From: Paragordius varius
Lineage: Eukaryota; Animalia; Nematomorpha
Direction: 5' to 3'
DNA: 64,000 nucleotides
Assembly: GCA_964247055.1 (NCBI GenBank)
Contig: OZ176052.1
Coordinates: 14,012,001 to 14,076,000, forward strand
How positions within the stretch are numbered: the stretch's first letter is position 1; every line of letters begins with the position of its first letter. Under the pieces are notes generated by a model. That model was not told where the DNA came from and made no database searches. It saw only the letters and a list, made by a program, of their open reading frames with translations. Position numbers and translations under genes: made by a program. Of the stretch, positions 1-11,000 are shown one piece after another.

Positions 1-1382
1 CGTATAAAATAAATTTTTTAAATATTTAAAAAATTCAAAAAAATTACATTTATACTCCGATCTCGAAAATATTTGGGGTGATGATGGAACTAGCATAGGG
101 CTACCCAAAAAAAATTATGGCGACATCACCTGATCAAATTTGGATTTTAGGTAGCCATTTTTATTTTTAAAATCGTATAAAATAAATTTTTAAATATTTA
201 AAAAATTCATAAAAATTACATTTATACTCCGATCTCGAAAATATTTGGGGTGATGATGGAACTACCATAGGGCTACCCAAAAAAATTTATGGCGACATCA
301 CCTGATCAAATTTGGATTTTAGGTAGCCATTTTTATTTTTAAAATCGTATAAAATAAATTTTTTAAATGTTTAAAAAATTCATAAAAATTACATTTTTAG
401 TCCGATCCCCAAAATATTTGGGGTGATGATGGAACTACCATAGGGCTACCCAAAAAAAATTATAGTGACATCACCTGATCAAATTTGGATTTTAGGTAGC
501 CACTTTTATTTTTAAAATCGTATAAAATAAATTTTTTAAATATTTAAATAATTCATAAAAATTACATTTATAGTCCGATCCCCAAAATATTTGGGGTGAT
601 GATGGAACAACCATAGGGCTACGCAAAAAAAATTATGGCGACATCACCTGATCAAATTTGGATTTTAGGTAGCCATTTTTATTTTTAAAATCGTATAAAA
701 TAAATTTTTTAAATATTTAAAAAATTCATAAAAATTACATTTATAGTCCGATCCCCAAAATATTTGGGGTGATGATGGAACAACCATAGGGCTACGCAAA
801 ATAAATTATGGCGACATCACCTGATCAAATTTGGATTTTAGGTAGCCATTTTTATTTTTAAAATCGTATAAAATAAATTTTTTAAATATTTAAAAAATTC
901 AAAAAAATTACATTTATACTCCGATCTCGAAAATATTTGGGGTGATGATGGAACTACCATAGGGCTACCCAAAAAAAATTATGGCGACGTCACCTGATCA
1001 AATTTGATTTTTAGGTAGCCATTTTTATTTTTAAAATCGTATAAAATAAATTTTTTAAATGTTTAAAAAATTCATAAAAATTACATTTTTAGTCCGATCC
1101 CCAAAATATTTGGGGTGATGATGGAATTACCATAGGGCTACCCAAAAAAAATTATGGTGACATCACCTGATCAAATTTGGATTTTAGGTAGCCATTTTTA
1201 TTTTTAATATCGTATAAAATAAATTTTTTAAATATTTAAAAATTCATAAAAATTACATTTATACTCCGATCTCGAAAATATTTGGGGTGATGATGGAACA
1301 ACCATAGGGCTACGCAAAATAAATTATGGCGACATAACCTGATCAAATTTGGATTTTAGGTAGCCATTTTTATTTTTAAAAT

Positions 1383-4300
1383 CGTATAAAATAAATTTTT
1401 TAAATATTTAAAAAATTCAAAAAAATTACATTTATACTCCGATCTCGAAAATATTTGGGGTGATGATGGAACTACCATAGGGCTACCCAAAAAAAATTAT
1501 GGCGACATCACCTGATCAAATTTGGATTTTAGGTAGCCATTTTTATTTTAAAATCGTATAAAATAAATTTTTTAAATGTTTAAAAAATTCATAAAAATTA
1601 CATTTTTAGTCCGATCCCCAAAATATTTGGGGTGATGATGGAATAACCATAGGGCTACCCAAAAAAAATTATGGTGACATCACCTGATCGAATTTGGATT
1701 TTAGGTAGCCATTTTTATTTTTAATATCGTATAAAATAAATTTTTTAAATATTTAAAAATTCATAAAAATTACATTTATACTCCGATCTCGAAAATATTT
1801 GGGGTGATGATGGAACTACCATAGGGCTACCCAAAAAAAATTATAGTGACATCACCTGATCAAATTTGGATTTTAGGTAGCCATTTTTATTTTTAAAATC
1901 GTATAAAATAAATTTTTTAAATATTTAAAAAATTCATAAAAATTACATTTATACTCCGATCTCGACAATATTTGGGGTGATGATGGAACTACCATAGGGC
2001 TACCCAAAAAAAATTATAGTGACATCACCTGATCAAATTTGGATTTTAGGTAGCCATTTTTATTTTTAAAATCGTATAAAATAAATTTTTTAAATATTTA
2101 AAAAATTCATAAAAATTACATTTATAGTCCGATCCCCAAAATATTTGGGGTGATGATGGAACAACCATAGGGCTACGCAAAAAAAATTATGGCGACATCA
2201 CCTGATCAAATTTGGATTTTAGGTAGCCATTTTTATTTTTAAAATCGTATAAAATAAATTTTTTAAATATTTAAAAAATTCATAAAAATTACATTTATAC
2301 TCCGATCTCGACAATATTTGGGGTGATGATGGAACTACCATAGGGCTACCCAAAAAAAATTATAGTGACATCACCTGATCAAATTTGGATTTTAGGTAGC
2401 CATTTTTATTTTTAAAATCGTATAAAATAAATTTTTTAAATATTTAAAAAATTCATAAAAATTACATTTATAGTCCGATCCCCAAAATATTTGGGGTGAT
2501 GATGGAACAACCATAGGGCTACGCAAAATAAATTATGGCGACATCACCTGATCAAATTTGGATTTTAGGTAGCCATTTTTATTTTTAAAATCGTATAAAA
2601 TAAATTTTTTAAATATTTAAAAAATTCAAAAAAATTACATTTATACTCCGATCTCGAAAATATTTGGGGTGATGATGGAACTACCATAGGGCTACCCAAA
2701 AAAAATTATGGCGACATCACCTGATCAAATTTGGATTTTAGGTAGCCATTTTTATTTTTAAAATCGTATAAAATAAATTTTTTAAATGTTTAAAAAATTC
2801 ATAAAAATTACATTTTTAGTCCGATCCCCAAAATATTTGGGGTGATGATGGAATTACCATAGGGCTACCCAAAAAAAATTATGGTGACATCACCTGATCA
2901 AATTTGGATTTTAGGTAGCCATTTTTATTTTTAATATCGTATAAAATAAATTTTTTAAATATTTAAAAATTCATAAAAATTACATTTATACTCCGATCTC
3001 GAAAATATTTGGGGTGATGATGGAACTACCATAGGGCTACCCAAAAAAATTATAGTGACATCACCTGATCAAATTTGGATTTTAGGTAGCCATTTTTATT
3101 TTTAAAATCGTATAAAATAAATTTTTTAAATATTTAAAAAATTCATAAAAATTACATTTATACTCCGATCTCGACAATATTTGGGGTGATGATGGAACTA
3201 CCATAGGGCTACCCAAAAAAAATTATAGTGACATCACCTGATCAAATTTGGATTTTAGGTAGCCATTTTTATTTTTAAAATCGTATAAAATAAATTTTTT
3301 AAATATTTAAAAAATTCATAAAAATTACATTTATAGTCCGATCCCCAAAATATTTGGGGTGATGATGGAACAACCATAGGGCTACGCAAAAAAAATTATG
3401 GCGACATCACCTGATCAAATTTGGATTTTAGGTAGCCATTTTTATTTTTAAAATCGTATAAAATAAATTTTTTAAATATTTAAAAAATTCATAAAAATTA
3501 CATTTATACTCCGATCTCGACAATATTTGGGGTGATGATGGAACTACCATAGGGCTACCCAAAAAAAATTATAGTGACATCACCTGATCAATTTTGGATT
3601 TTAGGTAGCCATTTTTATTTTTAAAATCGTATAAAATAAGTTTTTTAAATATTTAAAAAATTCATAAAAATTACATTTATAGTCCGATCCCCAAAATATT
3701 TGGGGTGATGATGGAACAACCATAGGGCTACGCAAAATAAATTATGGCGACATCACCTGATCAAATTTGGATTTTAGGTAGCCATTTTTATTTTTAAAAT
3801 CGTATAAAATAAATTTTTTAAATATTTAAAAAATTCAAAAAAATTACATTTATACTCCGATCTCGAAAATATTTGGGGTGATGATGGAACTACCATAGGG
3901 CTACCCAAAAAAAATTATGGCGACATCACCTGATCAAATTTGGATTTTAGGTAGCCATTTTTATTTTTAAAATCGTATAAAATAAATTTTTTAAATGTTT
4001 AAAAAATTCATAAAAATTACATTTTTAGTCCGATCCCCAAAATATTTGGGGTGATGATGGAATTACCATAGGGCTACCCAAAAAAAATTATGGTGACATC
4101 ACCTGATCAAATTTGGATTTTAGGTAGCCATTTTTATTTTTAATATCGTATAAAATAAATTTTTTAAATATTTAAAAATTCATAAAAATTACATTTATAC
4201 TCCGATCTCGAAAATATTTGGGGTGATGATGGAACTACCATAGGGCTACCCAAAAAAAATTATAGTGACATCACCTGATCAAATTTGGATTTTAGGTAAC

Positions 4301-5006
4301 CATTTTTATTTTTAAAATCGTATAAAATAAATTTTTTAAATATTTAAAAAATTCATAAAAATTACATTTATACTCCGATCTCGACAATATTTGGGGTGAT
4401 GATGGAACTACCATAGGGCTACCCAAAAAAAATTATAGTGACATCACCTGATCAAATTTGGATTTTAGGTAGCCATTTTTATTTTTAAAATCGTATAAAA
4501 TAAATTTTTTAAATATTTAAAAAATTCATAAAAATTACATTTATAGTCCGATCCCCAAAATATTTGGGGTGATGATGGAACAACCATAGGGCTACGCAAA
4601 AAAAATTATGGCGACATCACCTGATCAAATTTGGATTTTAGGTAGCCATTTTTATTTTTAAAATCGTATAAAATAAATTTTTTAAATATTTAAAAATTCA
4701 TAAAAATTACATTTATACTCCGATCTCGACAATATTTGGGGTGATGATGGAACTACCATAGGGCTACCCAAAAAAAATTATAGTGACATCACCTGATCAA
4801 ATTTGGATTTTAGGTAGCCATTTTTATTTTTAAAATCGTATAAAATAAATTTTTTAAATATTTAAAAAATTCATAAAAATTACATTTATAGTCCGATCCC
4901 CAAAATATTTGGGGTGATGGAACAACCATAGGGCTACGCAAAATAAATTATGGCGACATCACCTGATCAAATTTGGATTTTAGGTAGCCATTTTTATTTT
5001 TAAAAT
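1383..5006 (+). repeat. Three tandem copies of a 7-monomer higher-order repeat (~1206-1209 bp; subfamily A, order A-B-C-D-E-D-F)
   Basis: HOR starts at 1383, 2592 and 3801 (next A monomer at 5007). The diagnostic AAATGTTT variant recurs at 1578, 2788, 3997 and 5203. Monomer types are defined by linked variants: TTCAA/CTCGAA/GGCG; ATGT/TTTTAG/CCCC/ATTACC/GGTG; 5A/CTCGAA/AGTG; CTCGAC/AGTG; CCCC/ACAACC/ACGC with or without AAAATAAA. Confidence 0.9.
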
Positions 5007-8000
5007 CGTATAAAATAAATTTTTTAAATATTTAAAAAATTCAAAAAAATTACATTTATACTCCGATCTCGAAAATATTTGGGGTGATGATGGAACTACC
5101 ATAGGGCTACCCAAAAAAAATTATGGCGACATCACCTGATCAAATTTGGATTTTAGGTAGCCATTTTTATTTTTAAAATCGTATAAAATAAATTTTTTAA
5201 ATGTTTAAAAAATTCATAAAAATTACATTTTTAGTCCGATCCCCAAAATATTTGGGGTGATGATGGAATTACCATAGGGCTACCCAAAAAAAATTATGGT
5301 GACATCACCTGATCAAATTTGGATTTTAGGTAGCCATTTTTATTTTTAATATCGTATAAAATAAATTTTTTAAATATTTAAAAATTCATAAAAATTACAT
5401 TTATACTCCGATCTCGAAAATATTTGGGGTGATGATGGAACAACCATAGGGCTACGCAAAATAAATTATGGCGACATCACCTGATCAAATTTGGATTTTA
5501 GGTAGCCATTTTTATTTTTAAAATCGTATAAAATAATTTTTTTAAATATTTAAAAAATTCAAAAAAATTACATTTATACTCCGATCTCGAAAATATTTGG
5601 GGTGATGATGGAACTACCATAGGGCTACCCAAAAAAAATTATGGCGACATCACCTGATCAAATTTGGATTTTAGGTAGCCATTTTTATTTTTAAAATCGT
5701 ATAAAATAAATTTTTTAAATGTTTAAAAAATTCTTAAAAATTACATTTTTAGTCCGATCCCCAAAATATTTGGGGTGATGATGGAATTACCATAGGGCTA
5801 CCCAAAAAAAATTATGGCGACATCACCTGATCAAATTTGGATTTTAGGTAACCATTTTTATTTTTAAAATCGTATAAAATAAATTTTTTAAATATTTAAA
5901 AAATTCAAAAAAATTACATTTATACTCCAATCTCGAAAATATTTGGGGTGATGATGGAACTACCATAGGGCTACCCAAAAAAATTATGGCGACATCACCT
6001 GATCAAATTTGGATTTTAGGTAGCCATTTTTATTTTTAAAATCGTATAAAATAAATTTTTTAAATGTTTAAAAAATTCATAAAAATTACATTTTTAGTCC
6101 GATCCCCAAAATATTTGGGGTGATGATGGAATTACCATAGGGCTACCCAAAAAAAATTATGATGACATCACCTGATCAAATTTGGATTTTAGGTAGCCAT
6201 TTTTATTTTTAATATCGTATAAAATAAATTTTTTAAATATTTAAAAATTCATAAAAATTACATTTATACTCCGATCTCGAAAATATTTGGGGTGATGATG
6301 GAACAACCATAGGGCTACGCAAAATAAATTATGGCGACATCACCTGATCAAATTTGGATTTTAGGTAGCCATTTTTATTTTTAAAATCGTATAAAATAAA
6401 TTTTTTAAATATTTAAAAAATTCAAAAAAATTACATTTATACTCCGATCTCGAAAATATTTGGGGTGATGATGGAACTACCATAGGGCTACCCAAAAAAA
6501 ATTATAGTGACATCACCTGATCAAATTTGGATTTTAGGTAGCCATTTTTATTTTTAAAATCGTATAAAATAAATTTTTTAAATATTTAAAAAATTCATAA
6601 AAATTACATTTATACTCCGATCTCGACAATATTTGGGGTGATGATGGAACTACCATAGGGCTACCCAAAAAAAATTATAGTGACATCACCTGATCAAATA
6701 TATATTTTAGGTAGCCATTTTTATTTTTAAAATCGTATAAAATAAATTTTTTAAATATTTAAAAAATTCATAAAAATTACATTTATACTCCGATCTCGAC
6801 AATATTTGGGGTGATGATGGAACTACCATAGGGCTACCCAAAAAAAATTATAGTGACATCACCTGATCAAATTTGGATTTTAGGTAGCCATTTTTATTTT
6901 TAAAATCGTATAAAATAAATTTTTTAAATATTTAAAAAATTCATAAAAATTACATTTATACTCCGATCTCGACAATATTTGGGGTGATGATGGAACTACC
7001 ATAGGGCTACCCACAAAAAATTATAGTGACATCACCTGATCAAATTTGGATTTTAGGTAGCCATTTTTATTTTTAAAATCGTATAAAATAAATTTTTTAA
7101 ATATTTAAAAAATTCATAAAAATTACATTTATAGTCCGATCCCCAAAATATTTGGGGTGATGATGGAACAACCATAGGGCTACGCAAAATAAATTATGGC
7201 GACATCACCTGATCAAATTTGGATTTTAGGTAGCCATTTTTATTTTTAAAATCGTATAAAATAAATTTTTTAAATATTTAAAAAATTCAAAAAAATTACA
7301 TTTATACTCCGATCTCGAAAATATTTGGGGTGATGATGGAACTACCATAGGGCTACCCAAAAAAAATTATGGCGACATCACCTGATCAAATTTGGATTTT
7401 AGGTAGCCATTTTTATTTTTAAAATCGTATAAAATAAATTTTTTAAATGTTTAAAAAATTCATAAAAATTACATTTTTAGTCCGATCCCCAAAATATTTG
7501 GGGTGATGATGGAATTACCATAGGGCTACCCAAAAAAAATTATGGTGACATCACCTGATCAAATTTGGATTTTAGGTAGCCATTTTTATTTTTAATATCG
7601 TATAAAATAAATTTTTTAAATATTTAAAAATTCATAAAAATTACATTTATACTCCGATCTCGAAAATATTTGGGGTGATGATGGAACTACCATAGGGCTA
7701 CCCCAAAAAAATTATAGTGACATCACCTGATCATATTTGGATTTTAGGTAGCCATTTTTATTTTTAAAATCGTATAAAATAAATTTTTTAAATATTTAAA
7801 AAATTCAAAAAAATTACATTTATACTCCGATCTCGAAAATATTTGGGGTGATGATGGAACTACCATAGGGCTACCCAAAAAAAATTATGGCGACATCACC
7901 TGATCAAATTTGGATTTTAGGTAGCCATTTTTATTTTTAAAATCGTATAAAATAAATTTTTTAAATGTTTAAAAAATTCATAAAAATTACATTTTTAGTC

Positions 8001-11000
8001 CGATCCCCAAAATATTTGGGGTGATGATGGAATTACCATAGGGCTACCCAAAAAAAATTATGGTGACATCACCTGATCAAATTTGGATTTTAGGTAGCCA
8101 TTTTTATTTTTAATATCGTATAAAATAAATTTTTTAAATATTTAAAAATTCATAAAAATTACATTTATACTCCGATCTCGAAAATATTTGGGGTGATGAT
8201 GGAACTACCATAGGGTTACCCAAAAAAAATTATAGTGACATCACCTGATCAAATTTGGATTTTAGGTAGCCATTTTTATTTTTAAAATCGTATAAAATAA
8301 ATTTTTTAAATATTTAAAAAATTCATAAAAATTACATTTATACTCCGATCTCGACAATATTTGGGGTGATGATGGAACTACCATAGGGCTACCCCAAAAA
8401 AATTATAGTGACATCACCTGATCAAATTTGGATTTTAGGTAGCCATTTTTATTTTTAAAATCGTATAAAATAAATTTTTTAAATATTTAAAAAATTCATA
8501 AAAATTACATTTATAGTCCGATCCCCAAAATATTTGGGGTGATGATGGAACAACCATAGGGCTACGCAAAAAAAATTATGGCGACATCACCTGATCAAAT
8601 TTGGATTTTAGGTAGCCATTTTTATTTTTAAAATCGTATAAAATAAATTTTTTAAATATTTAAAAAATTCAAAAAAATTACATTTATACTCCGATCTCGA
8701 AAATATTTGGGGTGATGATGGAACTACCATAGGGCTACCCAAAAAAAATTATGGCGACATCACCTGATCAAATTTGGATTTTAGGTAGCCATATTTATTT
8801 TTAAAATCGTATAAAATAAATTTTTTAAATATTTAAAAAATTCATAAAAATTACATTTATACTCCGATCTCGACAATATTTGGGGTGATGATGGAACTAC
8901 CATAGGGCTACCCAAAAAAAATTATAGTGACATCACCTGATCAAATTTGGATTTTAGGTAGCCATTTTTATTTTTAATATCGTATAAAATAAATTTTTTA
9001 AATATTTAAAAATTCATAAAAATTACATTTATACTCCGATCTCGAAAATATTTGGGGTGATGATGGAACTACCATAGGGCTACCCCAAAAAAATTATAGT
9101 GACATCACCTGATCAAATTTGGATTTTAGGTAGCCATTTTTATTTTTAAAATCGTATAAAATAAATTTTTTAAATATTTAAAAAATTCATAAAAATTACA
9201 TTTATACTCCGATCTCGACAATATTTGGGGTGATGATGGAACTACCATAGGGCTACCCCAAAAAAATTATAGTGACATCACCTGATCAAATTTGGATTTT
9301 AGGTAGCCATTTTTATTTTTAAAATCGTATAAAATAAATTTTTTAATTATTTAAAAAATTCATAAAAATTACATTTATAGTCCGATCCCCAAAATATTTG
9401 GGGTGATGATGGAACTACCATAGGGCTACCCAAAAAAAATTATAGTGACATCACCTGATCAAATATATATTTTAGGTAGCCATTTTTATTTTTAAAATCG
9501 TATAAAATAAATTTTTTAAATATTTAAAAAATTCATAAAAATTACATTTATAGTCCGATCCCCAAAATATTTGGGGTGATGATGGAACAACCATAGGGCT
9601 ACGCAAAAAAAATTATGGCGACATCACCTGATCAAATTTGGATTTTAGGTAGCCATTTTTATTTTTAAAATCGTATAAAATAAATTTTTTTAATATTTAA
9701 AAAATTCATAAAAATTACATTTATACTCCGATCTCGACAATATTTGGGGTGATGATGGAACTACCATAGGGCTACCCCAAAAAAATTATAGTGACATCAC
9801 CTGATCAAATTTGGATTTTAGGTAGCCATTTTTATTTTTAAAATCGTATAAAATAAATTTTTTAAATATTTAAAAAATTCATAAAAATTACATTTATAGT
9901 CCGATCCCCAAAATATTTGGGGTGATGATGGAACAACCATAGGGCTACGCAAAATAAATTATGGCGACATCACCTGATCAAATTTGGATTTTAGGTAGCC
10001 ATTTTTATTTTTAAAATCGTATAAAATAAATTTTTTAAATATTTAAAAAATTCAAAAAAATTACATTTATACTCCGATCTCGAAAATATTTGGGGTGATG
10101 ATGGAACTACCATAGGGCTACCCAAAAAAAATTATGGCGACATCACCTGATCAAATTTGGATTTTAGGTAGCCATTTTTATTTTTAAAATCGTATAAAAT
10201 AAATTTTTTAAATATTTAAAAATTCATAAAAATTACATTTATACTCCGATCTCGAAAATATTTGGGGTGATGATGGAACTACCATAGGGCTACCCAAAAA
10301 AAATTATAGTGACATCACCTGATCAAATTTGGATTTTAGGTAGACATTTTTATTTTTAAAATCGTATAAAATAAATTTTTTAAATATTTAAAAAATTCAT
10401 AAAAATTACATTTATAGTCCGATCCCCAAAATATTTGGGGTGATGATGGAATTACCATAGGGCTACCCCAAAAAAATTATGGTGACATCACCTGATCAAA
10501 TTTGGATTTTAGGTAGCCATTTTTATTTTTAAAATCGTATAAAATAAATTTTTTAAATATTTAAAAAATTCAAAAAAATTACATTTATACTCCGATCTCG
10601 AAAATATTTGGGGTGATGATGGAACTACCATAGGGCTACCCAAAAAAAATTATGGCGACATCACCTGATCAAATTTGGATTTTAGGTAGCCATTTTTATT
10701 TTTAAAATCGTATAAAATAAATTTTTTAAATATTTAAAAAATTCATAAAAATTACATTTATAGTCCGATCCCCAAAATATTTGGGGTGATGATGGAACAA
10801 CCATAGGGCTACGCAAAAAAATTATGGCGACATCACCTGATCAAATTTGGATTTTAGGTGGCCATTTTTATTTTTAATATCGTATAAAATAAATTTTTTA
10901 AATATTTAAAAAATTCATAAAAATTACATTTATACTCCGATCTCGACAATATTTGGGGTGATGATGGAACTACCATAGGGCTACCCAAAATAAATTATGG

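Noticed and set aside
1-54. Promoter, TATA or terminator-like motifs (TATAAAAT, hairpins next to T runs)
   Set aside because: Expected by chance at ~94% AT, with no downstream gene or other supporting context.
81-98. ATG-initiated ORF ATGATGGAACTACCATAG (MMELP*) in most monomers, and reverse-strand ATGGCTACCTAA
   Set aside because: Only 3-5 codons long. Stop codons are frequent on both strands in the AT-rich segment, so no credible CDS exists.
75-106. G-quadruplex or telomeric repeat potential (TTTGGGG, TAGGG)
   Set aside because: Only two runs of three or more G per monomer on the + strand, and they are not tandemly repeated like a telomere motif.
55-130. CENP-B box or primate alpha satellite (similar monomer length)
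   Set aside because: No TTCG-N4-A-N2-CGGG motif and no recognisable similarity to the alpha satellite consensus.
99-156. MITE or DNA-transposon terminal inverted repeats
   Set aside because: The 12-bp inverted repeat is internal to a head-to-tail monomer, with no target-site duplication, element boundary or transposase. Kept only as a possible ancestral origin.
1-6215. Extension of the large block duplication to the window start
   Set aside because: Monomer order and private SNPs do not match 24732-30946 colinearly, so the call was limited to 6216-23583.
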